Below are positions 13,185 through 26,444 of a stretch of DNA of 64,000 bases, piece by piece; position 1 is the first letter of the stretch, and every line of letters begins with the position of its first letter. The position numbers were made by a program, and so were the translations under genes. The stretch lies in NCBI GenBank assembly GCA_964234715.1, contig OZ174283.1; one strand, 5' to 3'. The DNA is from Podarcis melisellensis (lineage: Eukaryota). The notes under the pieces are model-generated. The model had not been told where the DNA came from, made no database searches, and was given only the letters and a program-made list of their open reading frames with translations.

Positions 13185-13480
13185 TTCAAAAGACCATGAG
13201 GGTCATCTGCCTGCAATGCAGGAATCTCAACTAAAGCATCCATGACAGATGGCCATCCTGCCTCTGCTTAAAAACCTCCAAGGAAGGAGATTCCACAATC
13301 TCCCAAGAAAGTTCTTCCTGGTGTTTAGTTTGAATCTACTTTCTTGTAACTTGAAGCCATTGCTTCAGGTTCTACACTCCAGAGCAGGAGAAAACAAGCC
13401 TGCTCCATTTTCCATGGGACAATTCTTTAGATATTTGAAGATGTCTCTCATATATCCTCTCTGTCTCCTCTTTTCTAGGC
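13185..13480 (-). mobile_element. CR1 LINE 3' fragment
   Basis: Antisense CR1 ORF2 3' end and UTR signature (gcctctgcttaaaaacctccaaggaaggaga...aagttcttcctggtgtttag). Confidence 0.75.
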
Positions 13481-14379
13481 ATGTAACATTAAATATATGG
13501 TTTACTTCAAATGAGTAGTGTGATAGTACATGCTGCTATAAAGTGCTTGCTTTGCTCCTCCCATACTTCCCCTCAGCCAGACTTGAGGAAACAAACTAGC
13601 TTAGCATTATATGTGAGCTACTACTTGTGGTTTGTTTCCTCCTCATGGGTAATGGGATGAGGAGGGAGAAAGCATGCTTTAAAACAATGTGCACTGGCAC
13701 ACTTTTCATTGATATTAAACCATAGTTTATTTATAACTGTTGTTCAACATTACATGCAAACTGGGGAATAGCTGGTCTTTTTTTCTGAAGGCTTTGCATT
13801 TAGCAGAAGCAGGGCAAGCACTGGTTGTTATATCTCTGTTAAAGACACAGGAACCCTTCCAGAAAAAATAAATGGCCACCCTAACAGCTTCCATCCTTCA
13901 GTTGCAAGCTCCTTTCTTCCTTAGCCATGCTTCTGACAATTAAGTCTTTTTTCTCTCTTGTCATGCTAGTTTTGCATACACAGGGAGATTTTGAAGCTGG
14001 AGTCCTTTCAAACAAGCTATCCCTTGTGTCTGAAATGGTAGACTGTATCAAATGGTAGGTCTGTTTATTCTTTGAGCTTGCAGTTCATGAAATCTACGTG
14101 GGCATGCTGGAGAAACAGAGGCCCAGTTATTTAGTTTTTGATTGAAATATTTATACCCCACCTTAAGTATGAATCCTATAAGGGCAGCCAAGAAACAAAC
14201 AAACAGATAAAATGATAATAAACTGAGCTGATTTAAAAGCAGAGACAAGTAAAAAAAAAAAGCCTCATGATAGAAAGACCCAACACTCATATCCCCAGAA
14301 ACTAGGCAAATCTTCCTAGAGGAGACTATTCAATGAGAGGGGCAGCACATCTTAAAAGGCCCTCTCTTGGGTCGCAGCT

Positions 14380-14600
14380 AGCGATGGAAGAATCTGTAAA
14401 TTTTTGTTCTCTTAGTTTCTCAGTTTCCCGATCTTAAATTGAAGCCTCCACATATATGCAACAATTTGCATTTTTTAAAAAATATAAAAAATAAAAATAA
14501 ATAAATATAATCCAGATGAAAATTATTCAGCATTTTAGTGCAAATTTCTCCTAATGAACAAATTTTTGCATGCAGGTTTTCACTAATGTACAAATTTTTG
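14380..14600 (+). mobile_element. Fragment of a lizard non-autonomous DNA element (related to 30635-30985 and 46711-47155)
   Basis: Shared tttctcattt...cacat...tttctcctaat motifs among the three loci. Confidence 0.5.
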
Positions 14601-14609
14601 TTATCAATT

Positions 14610-14908
14610 TGTGTGGTGGCTCCCCATTTTTGGAATGTTCTCCCCAGAGAGGCTCACCTGGGGCCATCATTACATGTCTATAGGTGCCAGGGGAAAACAT
14701 TCCTCTCTACCCAGGCCTTCAGCCATTAAACAATCTATGGTCTTTTAAAGTGGGGGGAGTGTTATTATGATTTTATTTTTCTATGATTGTTTTGTTATTG
14801 TTTTTATTATTCCATGAAAATTATGTTTTTGATGTTGTACACTGTCCTGGGATCTTTGGATAAAGGGCAATATATAAATTGAATAAGTACTACATTAATA
14901 ATAATAAT
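14610..14908 (+). mobile_element. L2-like LINE 3' end with (AAT)n tail
   Basis: gtggtggctccccatttttggaatgttctcccc... (A-P-x-x-W-N-x-L-P coding signature), then a T-rich UTR and an aataataataat tail. Confidence 0.6.
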
Positions 14909-14911
14909 GAC

Positions 14912-15606
14912 TGTTGCCCATACAGAATCTGCCCATCTACTGCAGCCAGGTGGTGGTACATCCATTTACCCTTCTGGGGCAGGTGGCTTTGCTGGTGGGC
15001 CATAGGGCCACACTCATGAACCAATGTATGGCAGACTGGATCGTTCCCTGTAGCCCAATTGACCAATGGTGGCAGGGCTTTGTGAGTATTCGTCTGAGCG
15101 CAGGATCAACTGCCCAATGGAGCACTTAGCCATGCACCCAGGGCCATGATAACAGGTGACCTGCCAGGGCATTCGGCCTCATCTTGGTGGATAGGCATTG
15201 GGTAAGCTTAGATCTTGAATGCAGGGGAGGTTGTAACCTCTGCCAGCTACTCCACATGTAAGGGTATCCTGTTAAAAAGATCTGGGAGGAGTGGCTCCTG
15301 TCCAACACCCAGAGAGGGGCTAGGGCCATTCCACTCTTCCAACGAGAACCATTTGGGGGACGCCTCAATTTGACGTAGGTCATAGGGCATTCCCTGTCAA
15401 CTGGCTTCACCCTTAGTGACACTGCCAGCAGATGGGCTAAAGCGATATTTGCAGTTGCTTTCCTCATTGCTTATGGCCAAAACCTACACATCTGTAACCA
15501 ATAAAGTTGTGGCCTTATTTAAACCCATAACACCAACCTATTGTGCACTGTCTAGTTATTTATCCCCTCAGGGAACAGGGTGGTCACGGGGCCTCGACAT
15601 GCAACA
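14912..15606 (+). mobile_element. Probable solo LTR (family C)
   Basis: TGTTGC...GCAACA inverted termini; AATAAA at 15500-15505. No clear TSD; the left flank abuts the LINE tail. Confidence 0.6.
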
Positions 15607-17021
15607 GGGAACGGGGCCTTTGTATAACAGCACCCTGTCTGCCAAACTCCCTGCCAAAGCTTCACTTTGCCCTCTCTCTCATTTCCTCCCATACTCACCT
15701 GCATTCCAGTTCTGATATGAAACAGTCAAAACTTTAAAACTCCCACCAGGCCTTTAAAAGGATGGGTCTGAATGAATAGCTAACAACACTGTATTTGTCA
15801 GAGTTTACATTCTAAGTTCCTTTGCTTTATGTGGCAAACAATGCATTCAAAAAGCTCGAGGGAAAAAGTGACACTGATGCAGCTTCTTATTGCCGGAGCT
15901 ATTTTGGGCAACACACTAGTATGAGGCATCATGATAGCCATAATATTTCCTTTGGAGGAATGTGATTGTGAAGATAAGTGCTATTTTCTTTTCCTTAGCT
16001 TTCATACATCAGCAACTTTTTAGCCTCGTAGCCTGGTAATCTTTCTAAGCATTACAGACTGTGTCTCTTTTTATTTGGAAATAGAGAGTTGGAAAGCAGC
16101 CTGCTTGGGCATTGCACTTTTTTCCTTTCCTGCATAAGACCTGCAGAGTGACGTTTCCTGTTTAACATTGGAAAAATCCACAGCAAGCATGTTACCCACT
16201 TGGGTCTTGCTCTTAATAATTGCTGGATCCGGTTTATTTCTGATTCAGTTTCAAGAATTCTCCACATTAAGAACCAAGCAAAGAAAAGTGTTCACTTCAG
16301 AAAATGAAAACATACAAACAACTAAAGCAATGATTGTACAGTGCAGGAAATAAATATCAACTCCAGATTATATTGAATGACATTCATTTTTTTCTGACTT
16401 ACTTTACCAAATTGCTGGTTTTCAGAGTATATTTGAAGGTCTGAACAGAACCAATGCATGCGTAACTTGTACACGCCTTTTTCAGGGTCAATGGGGTATA
16501 TAATCAATTGGCTATATAAGGAGTGAGATGATCTTTCAGGTATTCTGGTCATAAACTGTATAGGGCTCTATAAACTGGAACCAGCACCTTGAAGTTGTAG
16601 CAGCAAAACATGGTGGTGTTATCCTGTCCCAGTAAGCAGTCAAGCCACTGCCCTTTGCACTAGCTGCAGCTTCCGGACCAACCTCAAGGGCAGCCCCACA
16701 TACAGTGCATTGCACTAATCCAGGCTGGAGGCTACTTGGCAGGAATGACAGCAGTCAGGCTCAACAGCATATGAGGAGTCAAGCTAAAGGCTCATTTATT
16801 CCAGAATCCCATTTTCACAGTGTCCAACTTGATCCCCATTGGAAACCTGCAAGCAGTGAGCACAACAGTACTCACCTCCCTTTGATTCTCTGCAACTGGT
16901 ATTCAGAGGCATCCAGCCACTGACAGTGGAGGCAGAACTTAGCCATAAAGGCTAGCAACCAATGTGGGGGGTTTTCTTCAGCTAACTGTCCATTGCTTTT
17001 TCAACGTGCGTAACATGTGTT

Positions 17022-17564
17022 TGTCAAGAGCTGGACGGTGCCAATGCAGTCAACTCTTTATTCAAAGAAACCAAAACACCGCAACTCTTCCCAGTAGGTC
17101 TTGCTCCAACAAGGCAGTTGTGAGGACTGAAGGTCCCTGCCTTCCCACCACTCCCTAAGGTTCCTCTCCAGGGTCCTTCCCAAGCAGTCGCAAACTGTGT
17201 ACACACACAATCATTCTCTGCTCTGCTTTTTTCATTTCTCTGCATGTTTTAGGAGACCAGGCGTAGGGGAGCTGGCTGCAGCAGGAAGGGGAGACTCCCT
17301 GGAGCCTATCTCAACTTTGCCTCTTGGCTAACCTCCTTTCCAGCCTCCGCTTCAGCCTCGAAGTCTGAACTGCACTCTGCCACAACCTCTTCCTGCTCAC
17401 TAAACCCTGTTACCTCTTCAGCTTCCAAAACCTCATTCTCCCAGTCTGTTGCTTCTTCTCCCTCTGACCACTCACCGCCGTCGCACCACCACTCCCCTGC
17501 CTTTGAACCTTCTTCTCCTGGGGGTTCCCTTTGGGGTTCCCACCAATCCAGCCAGTCCATGACA
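17022..17564 (-). mobile_element. Solo LTR (family D) containing an acidic ORF
   Basis: TGTCA...TGACA termini, perfect 5-bp TSD gtgtt (17017-17021, 17565-17569), minus-strand AATAAA at 17057-17062. Confidence 0.85.
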
Positions 17565-17947
17565 GTGTTTTAGGTCAGAACTTTGGATCTTTCTCAGAAC
17601 TGCAAAGAAAGGACAAAATGATCTTTGCATAAGAGGTGAAAGGAACAGGGGCAGTGGGGACCATCCCTCCCAACGAACTAAAAATGTTGCAAGAGTTATG
17701 ATGAGACAAAAATGCAGAATAGAGGGGGGGAGTCTGGCCCAGGGGTTTGCGTGTCCCAAGCTTGAAAGTATTTGTTGCAGTAATGGGATGAGGAATGAAA
17801 ACAGCTCTCAGCCTGATGACCAGGGCAACCAGAAATAAATGGAATAGTGCTATTGTTCTAGAAAAACACTGAAGACAGATTCCAGGTGTTACTGCAAATA
17901 GAAGTTGAACAGGGGAGGTCAGAAAGATGCCACCCAAAAAGCACAGG

Positions 17948-17981
17948 TGTTTGTTTGTTTGTTTGTTTGTTTGTTTGTTTT
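17948..17981. repeat. (TTTG)n microsatellite
   Basis: Seen directly. Confidence 0.9.
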
Positions 17982-18923
17982 TAAGTTACTGTTTTTTTAA
18001 GTGACTCATGGGGCCTATAACTTCTCAGCAGCCTGTTCTCTCTGCAAAGGTATATCCAAAATGCAATCAGGGAAGAATTAAAAAAAAAATGTTTGTACAA
18101 ATGGTCCATTATTATGCAGCATCTGTTTGGAAACTTACAAGCTAAACTTTTATAGGAGTTGCACAAAGTTCATTTTGCAGCTCCATTTGTCTTGCCTTTC
18201 CTCTACATCAGGATTTTTGTTACGCAAGCAAATCATGTTGAGGCTGCAGAGAAGGGACTAGGTTTGTTAGCACTCCAGCCTCATTGGGAAATTCCTCCTT
18301 AATAAGAGCTAAATGAGCTCATACGCAGAGGTGCAATCATCCATTATGGTGCTTAAACACCAATAAATATCCTGTTTAATATGCCCCAAACTGTTGTGCA
18401 TTGCTGAAGGGGCCTGGACAAATCAAAATTTCATTTTTAATTCATGGCGCTGTGGACACTATCCAGTTAGGTGCCTGTTACAGCTGCACAGTGATAAAAA
18501 AACGGTGCTTGCTGGAGAAGGCTTCATCTGGTTTAGACATAGGAAGCTGCCTTATTCTGACTCACATTGTTTGTCCACCTTGCCCAATATATTGTCTATG
18601 GGTACTGACAGCAATAGCCCCCCAGGGCCTCAGTGCTCTAAGCAAGCATTGAAATGGCCTGATTGTAAATATGGAGTGGCAATGGGAAATTGATTTATGT
18701 TGACCACATCCGTTTCCCAGTTTCCTGGCATTTTATTGTTGTCCCACTGTAACCCTTACACTCAGGCCTTGACAAAGAAAGAGATGTGGGGAGAGGGGCA
18801 GCTGGGAAATCATTCGCCTCTCACACATTGCGCATGCATGTGACTCAAAATCTGCACAAATTGTTTTCTTCTTTGATTCCCCTCTCTGCACATTGTATTC
18901 CTTATTCTTGTTTGAAAACAGAA

Positions 18924-19035
18924 ATGCTAAACCAAACTCCTGCCACAGAATTTGTTCTTCTGGGATTTTCTGGTATCACAAAGCTACAACTTTTGCACTT
19001 TGTGATATTGCTTGACAGCCTTGATGAGGAACATA
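18924..19035 (+). pseudogene. Olfactory receptor N-terminal fragment
   Basis: MLNQTPATEFVLLGFSGITKLQLLHFVI carries the N-glycosylation sequon and TEFxLLGF signature. After a frameshift, CLTALMRNI resembles the TM1 motif YxxxLxGN. No further OR sequence follows. Confidence 0.75.
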
Positions 19036-19166
19036 CCTTCCGCATTCTCCTCAGATTCTTGTCACACCCTTTTTCCTGATCTCCCTTTTACACGCTTGTT
19101 GAGAATGTGGATTGGGCAGGGGAATCATTTCTGATCCTTCTTAATCATAACTGTTAAAGTTGGGAT

Positions 19167-19486
19167 AGGTAAAAGTAAAGGGACACCCAACCATTAGGTC
19201 CAGTCACGGACGACTCTGGGGTTGCGGTGCTCATCTCGCTTTACTGGCCGAGGGAACTGGTGTACAGCTTCCAGGTCATGTGGCCAGCATGACCAAGCCA
19301 CTTCTGGCGAACCAGAGCAGCGCACGGAAACACTGTTTACCTTTCCGCCGGAGCGGTACCTATTTATCTACTTGCACTTTGACGAGCTTTCAAACTGCTA
19401 GGTTGGCAGGAGCTGGGACCGAGCAATGGGAGTTCATCGTGGGGATTCAAACCGCCGACCTTCTTATCAGCAAGCTCTAGGCTCTT
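19167..19486 (-). mobile_element. Sauria SINE, head truncated
   Basis: ggtaaaagtaaaggga tail and ggtacctatttatctacttgcac core shared with four other copies here. Confidence 0.9.
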
Positions 19487-20109
19487 TGCTTACATAGATG
19501 GAGGGCTTGTCCGCACTTTCCCCTTGACCCATTGGCTAGAAATCATGGACCTGAGACATTTTCCACTTGTCCATTCTTTCAAGGCACAAATCCAAGTCTC
19601 CATTTGCCTTGCTACTGCTTTCCTCAAGAAAACCCACTCTTTACCACTGAATCAGAGCAAATGTCAGTTCGTGGAAAACCTAATTGGCGTTTGCTCAATG
19701 CAGTGCTAAGCAGAGGACTTCATCAGGGGGAAGTAGCAGGGCAAGCAGAAGTGTGGACATGAAAGCTCCTAACACTATTACAAATTTACTGTCCTTAGAT
19801 GTGATAAATGGTGTGTGGATTCATCAACGAATAGAAGGAGAAGGTATGGTAGACTGGATAGCCTTGATTTAAGTTGTTCCATGCATTCATTACATCTTTC
19901 ATCGTGCATTCATTTTATCTTTATTTAACTGGCATGGAACAAGAATCACTTACTTATTCTACATTTTACAGCCATGCAGCCTATGCATGTTTACAAAAAT
20001 TAATTTCAGCAGGACTTATTCCCAAGTATGTATTCATAGGCTTAGAGTCTTTGGGTTTGTGCACATTTCTGCATGTCCTGTGGTCTGAGCAGTTTTCTGC
20101 TTGTCCCAT

Positions 20110-20297
20110 GCTAGGCACGGGCCTGGGCGGTTTTTCGTTTGCCCCATCACTTCCCCCAGGAAAACCTGCTCTTTGCCAATCAATTGGAGCAAATGTCAAT
20201 CCATGGAAAACCCAGTTGACATTTGCTCTGACTCAGCAGTAAAGAGCAGGTTTTCCTGGGGCAAAGCAGCAGGACAAGAAGAAGTCTGGATGAGCCC
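20110..20297. mobile_element. Fold-back (palindromic) MITE, PIF/Harbinger-like end
   Basis: Nested perfect inverted repeats of 21 bp and 13 bp; right terminus ctggatgagccc. Left boundary approximate. Confidence 0.55.
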
Positions 20298-20338
20298 TTC
20301 ATTTAAAGGCTGGTTGGTGAAGCAGATTCTTTCCATTA

Positions 20339-20580
20339 CAGTGGTACCTCGGGTTAAGTATTTAATTCCTTCCGGAGGTCCATTCTTAACCTGAAACTGT
20401 TCTTAACCTGAAGCACCACTTTAGCTAATGGGGCCTCCTGCTGCTGCTCCGCTGCCGGAGCATGATTTCTGTTCTCATCCTGAAGCAAAGTTCTTAACCC
20501 AAGGTACTATTTCTGGGTTAGCAGAGTCTGTGACCTGAAGTGTATGTAACCTGAAGCATATGTAACCCAAGGTACCACTG
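20339..20580 (+). mobile_element. Tc1/mariner (Tigger/pogo-like) MITE, 242 bp
   Basis: TA TSD; TIR cagtggtacct...aggtaccactg; subterminal gtaacctgaagc repeats. Confidence 0.9.
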
Positions 20581-22044
20581 TATTATACAAATGAGAGTAC
20601 ATTGAGTCTTCATTGAACAGGTTAGCTTAAAAAAATCCATACTAAATGAAAAGAAAACTATCAGAAAATTGATCAAGTCTAATTGGATGGTCACTTTATA
20701 TAGTATATAAGCAGAAAGCAGACAACACATTTGATTTCTGCCGCCGCTGCCCCCCCTTACTGATACACCTCTTATATGTGGTGTCACTGCTTCAGGTTTC
20801 TAAGTGAGTGATACCAAAATCTGTAAAATGTTGTTCTATATATTTCTTTTATGTGAACTATCCTGCTAGTACTGTCTAGATGAGTAGTATGGTTCCAAGC
20901 TGTGATGCAGCAGATCTCAGTGAATTATCATCACGGCTTCTCTAGGAAAACTATCCCTTGTTTTTCTAATAAGTAAATGGATTTTCAAACAAATCTCTTT
21001 TGATTCCATTCCCCCAGGAACATGGGTCAATGCACATGCAGTGACCTAAAGTACCCATTTCTGAGAAATACACATTTTTCTCCCCCAAAAGATTCCCACA
21101 AATATACATATCTCCTGTGAGTTCTGGCCCCAATCATTTGTCTCTGTCTGTTTTGAGATTTATGAATCCTTGTTATGTGTAACAGATGTGTCTAGCTACA
21201 TAAGGCAAAATTAGATGTGATGCATTGCAGTGGAATATGCATTCTTTATATGGAATGTTATAAAGAAAAAAGCCTTCCCAAATCTCATGGTATAAGGAAT
21301 GTGACCTCTGTATGAAAATAGTCCACACTTTTATAAAGACAGCTCTGTGCGTGGAACTGTGAGCCACACAAACCCTTACATACATGGTGGAGAGAAAGGA
21401 GGAATAACAAAATAATTACAGAATTTCTGCAGACATTTAAAGGCATTTCCCCATTAAACGGGGGCAAATCAGAGGTGAAGCTACAGCCACGGCATTGTTT
21501 TCTGATTTGCTTTGTACTGTTCATCAGCTGCCCTTTTGACCCAAGGGCAGCTTTCTGCTCTCCAACATTTCAGTCATCAGTTACTTACAAAATTTCTGGA
21601 AAGCATCCAATATCCCATTCATTGAACATATTCAGCATGTCAAGACACATGACCAATGATAATAGGACTCACATAAAATGTGGAATGAAATCAGTTCCAG
21701 GTAATATGAATCTAAATGCATCAAGAAACTGAACATGTGAATTTGGGGTAGTATTATCAGCTGAAATGAGCTTCTTAGAAGAAGAAAAAGCTCACAATAG
21801 ACATAGTCCAAAACATGATACACGGAGGGAAGAAAATGCTGTGCATCTCTAGCAAAGGGTGATATGAGTCTGGACACTTGGAGCTGTTGACTCATAACTT
21901 CTGTTATGGTTTACTGTAAACATCTGAGCAAATGTTATTTTATGTTTTTATATGTCCATTCCTATTGTCTTATCTAGCGTCTGTTCCATGGCAAAGGCTA
22001 ATGAGCTGACGGAAACTGAATCATGACAAGACTGGAAAATGAGG

Positions 22045-22308
22045 TAACTAGCCTTATTTGGAACCTTTTAATTTAGAGAAAAAGCAATGATGAGGTGACA
22101 TGATAGAAGTTTACAAAGTTATATGTGACATGGAGTAAAGCTTCGCTCCCCCTCTCGTGAAAATGCAATGAAGCTGAATGTTGGAAGATTCAGGACAGAA
22201 AAAGAAAGTACTTCTTCATGCAGCACTTAGTTAAACTATGGAACTCACTCCCACAAGGGGCAGCAATAGCCAGCAACTTGGATGGCTTTAAAAGAGGATT
22301 ATACAAAG
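22045..22308 (+). mobile_element. CR1 LINE ORF2 C-terminal fragment
   Basis: Decayed LEK..RGDMIEVYK...MKLNVGRFRT...VKLWNSLP coding signature. Confidence 0.8.
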
Positions 22309-23711
22309 TCAATATTAATTAAAATATTTAAGGTTTATTTAATAGAATGGTAGATGGAGCTTTCAAAATATTACATTAAAATACATCATCATTGATAAAT
22401 AAAGTTCATTAAGTTTCATGAAGCTGTTCTTTGAATCAGCTACCTTGCAGTGTAAAGCCAGCAGAAAACAAAAATTTCTACAGAATTTTTGAATTCAGAA
22501 TATTCTAAAATATACCAGCTTTACATTGACGCATAACAGTAGTCGCAAAAATAAGGAGCTACATGCACAGTCACTATCCTTTCAAAGACAAACTTCAGAA
22601 TCATGACTTTGCAAAAGTCAGAGCTTGCTTGGAGTTTCATATCCTTTTCAAAAATATTTCAGTAGCCTCTGCATCTATCTGATATACTGAGGCCTATAAA
22701 TTATACAGGAAGAAACATGCCACTTAATCCAGTAGGACTGGTAATGCTTTCCTGTATGCCCAATAAAAATAGATCAAAGAATTTAGCACTTGTACAGACA
22801 AATGTTAACCTGGCAAAAAATGAAACAATATTTGAGAGGCGCTTTCTGAAATGAAGAAGAAAACCAGTAACTGCAGATCAAACCAACACAACAGATGTTT
22901 CTTTCATCTTCCCATTAGGAGATCTGCAAGTACCATCTGCAGTAGAAAGGTTTCCCTTTTACTCTAGAGAAGGCAAGTAAACTCAAGTAACGCCTAATTT
23001 AATATTCCACATTGAATATAGTGCTTTCTAAGTGGAACAACATGGTAAAATAGGTATTATGACGCCACATGCGTGTTGGGTAACAGATGGGGGGGAATTG
23101 ATATCAGTCCACATTTTAATACAACTCCACCTGATGAAAATGATGTACAAAAATGCAGTAGATATCATATTACATGTAACATTATATTGCTTATTACTGA
23201 TATGCTTGCTGCCCTGAGCTACAGAAGTCATGCAATGTACTCTTCCTTTGTTAGTAGCTAAAACACCCATGATGGGCATCATGCAGTCTCCTTGCAAACC
23301 TTCCTATTCCACTCTCCAGCTTTCTGTCCTGACTCCAGAGAACAACTAGGACTAATTGCTCTCTGACTGAAATTAGTTAGGTTCATTCCTCACTGAGTTG
23401 TTTGTTCCCTTGCTGTTAAATCTTGGGAAGGAACCAGCAGTAGCCTCATGAGAACAGAAATAGCTAATTGGAAAAAAGTACTGTACAACATGTACAGGAA
23501 ATTCGTGCTATGCATAATGGGATATGAATGTAAAAATAGGAAGTACTGCCTTGCTGTCAAGTTGGGGATTCATCAGATAAACTCATTTCTGAATCTTGGC
23601 CAGAAAAAAAATCCATTTTTAACATTGCCACACTACTATGAAAACTTATTAACACCCTCCCTTTCATCCTGCCAGTGCAACTTCTAATGGAACATTATCT
23701 ATTTTCAGATA

Positions 23712-23953
23712 CAGTGGTACCTCAGGTTAAGTACTTAATTCATTCCGGAGGTCCATACTTAACCTGAAACTGTTCTTAACCTGAGGCACCACTTTAGCTA
23801 ATGGGGCCTCCTGCTGCTGCCACGCTGCCAGAGTACAGTTTCTGTTCTCATCCTGAAGCAAAATTCTTAACCTGAAGCACTATTTCTGGGTTAGTGGAGT
23901 CTGTAACCTGAAGTGTATATAACCTGAAGCATATGTAACTTGAGGTACCACTG
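23712..23953 (+). mobile_element. Tc1/mariner (Tigger/pogo-like) MITE, 242 bp
   Basis: TA TSD, same TIRs and body as 20339-20580. Confidence 0.9.
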
Positions 23954-25849
23954 TACCTGTTTGGTTCAGAGCATGACTTCTACTATGCAGAGATGGTAGG
24001 TCATGGGCTCACATTCAGAACATTCAGCAACAACGAAAGTGCAATGAACAAGACCCCTTTCTCCCGTTCTTCAGAGCTGGCAACCTCATTTAGTTCCTGT
24101 GCTAAAGCTTCCCATACCCGTTGTGTGAGCAGAGCAGCCAAGGGTTTTGCAGAAGAAGGAAGGATTTCAGATTCAGGAACAGCCCTGCTCTTAAGGAACA
24201 GAGGCAATTGCCTCAGGTGGCACAAGCTGGGATCTGTGCCAGTTGGCATCCCCAGTCCCACCACTTGCCTCTCCTGACCTGACCAGCCTGGCTGCTACCC
24301 CATTGTCCCAAAATGCCCTCCTCCCTCACTGGCTTGCTATAGAAAGGGTCAATGGGATCCTTCCTCGGAACAAAGCATTCTGGGTTGGGTGGCTGGTTTG
24401 GTGTGGTGGCTAATAAGGCCTAAAATTAACTACTGCTGTGTTGAATTCCCACACACCATGTCTAGTATGCATGCTCAAACCTTCCATAGGCTTGTTTGGT
24501 AGGCAGAACTATTTCAGTGAAGGTTTTTTTCCCCTGCATACTTTTGGGATTCTTCCAACCTGCAAGGTGGCCAAACCTTCCCTCTCCCATCACGCCTACT
24601 TTCTTAAGCTCCACTTTACTAAGAGAACAGATGATATATTTCTTTGGCAATGTCTAACATACATAAACATTAAACTACACGCCCTTTGGTGGCCTTTGAG
24701 TACGAGGAGAGACGTGACTTAATTTCCTTTTTTTCCTCAATCTCATGAACATTACAAGGTTTCTATTCATTAGCCAAAAAAAGAATTTCTTTTATAAAGT
24801 GCAGGAAGGAAACAATGTTTGGTGAGAAACCAAGTTCATTTTCCATGGAAACAGGCTGAAGAAACAAATAATTGTTTAGGGCAGGGGGAATCTGTTTCTC
24901 CTGTTTGCTGCAAACACATACACAACTATTATTGTGCATTTTGATTTCAGTTTTGTCAGTTTTATATACTGTACACATTGATTCTAACTGTTGTTGATGC
25001 TGGCCCAAATCTAGGGAAAGTTAAATAATAGGACCAATTATGTTGTATTGATTTCAGTGGAACTAAATTAGTGTGCCTTTCTTGGGATTTGGGCCAATGT
25101 GTTTTTATTTATTTTCATTTGTAATACAGTTGTGCAAATCATTATGGCAAACACTGTGAATACTGGTACATATTCATATTAGCAGTCCACATGGCATGGA
25201 TACATCAGTGGTTATATTCCCATATTCTAGGTTCAACTGATTCAGCCTTCTTCAACCTGTTCTTTGGGACTATATCTCCCATCAGGTTCAATCAGTATGG
25301 CCAACGGTTAAGGGGGATGGGATGAATGGTTGTCCAAATACCTGGAGGGCACCAGGTTGGGCAAGAATGCATTAGTGTGTCATCAAAAGCATGCTATATA
25401 CGATCAGCTTCAATACATGGAATTGTGGGGGCAGAAAAGTGATCCTCCCTTGTCCTGGCAGCAAACTGTCTTGGGCTAGTCCTGACTCCATGAACAGAGC
25501 AAACATTCTTGCTTGGAACCAATTTATTTCTTTAAAAAAACATTTAAATGCTATGGCAGTCATATTAAAAAGAATAGGTTAGGAAGCAGAACCAATTCAA
25601 AATGCTATAATCTGCAGCCAAGAGGACAAAAGAAAAGTGGTCGGGGAAAAGAGAAATCATCCAAGAATCTGCCTTTATAAAATATGAACGGATTATCAAT
25701 AAGCCATGGTTCCTCCTTTCCCAGAAGATACAATACAGCCTATGATTTCTTGCAACAATGCCCAGCCTACAGAAGGCATAAATGCTAGCCAAGATATTGC
25801 CACTTACTCCGCTTCCCAAACCCTTAGGAAATAATGTGACAAGTGAATA

Positions 25850-26090
25850 CAGTGGTACCTCTAGTTACAAACTTAATTTGTTCCGGAGGTCCATTCTTAA
25901 CCTGAAACTGTTCTTAACTAGAGGCGTGCTTTTGCTAATGGGGCCTCTTGCTGCCGCTGCGCCGCCAGCACACGATTTCTGTTCTCATCCTGGGGCAAAG
26001 TTCTCAACTCGAGGTAACTCTTCCAGGTTAGCGGAGTTTGTAACCTGAAGCGTTTGTAACCTGAGGCGTTTGTAACTCGAGGTACCACTG
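25850..26090 (+). mobile_element. Tc1/mariner (Tigger/pogo-like) MITE, variant
   Basis: TA TSD, same TIRs, diverged subterminal repeats. Confidence 0.9.
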
Positions 26091-26444
26091 TAAAAAAAAA
26101 AGGCATAGATTTCAGAATATGTTCTAGAACTTTCTAAACAAATGTCTTTTGCTCATAAAGAATTAGCCTGCTTGTACCAGGCTGTTTCTGCAACACTCAT
26201 AGAAAAAGGGAGAAATAAATAGAGAGACATCTGAAATGGCTGCCACACAGCTGTGGAATTCTGTCCTTTGAAGACTGCAAAGGCCCAAATACGGACATTT
26301 CTTGGAAGCAGTGTAAAACTTTATAAATAAATTTGGTGGCACAGACTGAGATAATAAAGGGCAATGTTTCAATACAATTAGGTTTTCAATCTTGAAACAG
26401 TTTTTGATTAGATCATTGATACTACTGTACCACATCCCAAGTCT

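Noticed and set aside
19280-19480. Mutually similar short ORFs here and at 30008-30262 and 31477-31701, suggesting a gene family
   Set aside because: All lie inside Sauria SINE copies; the similarity is repeat-derived.
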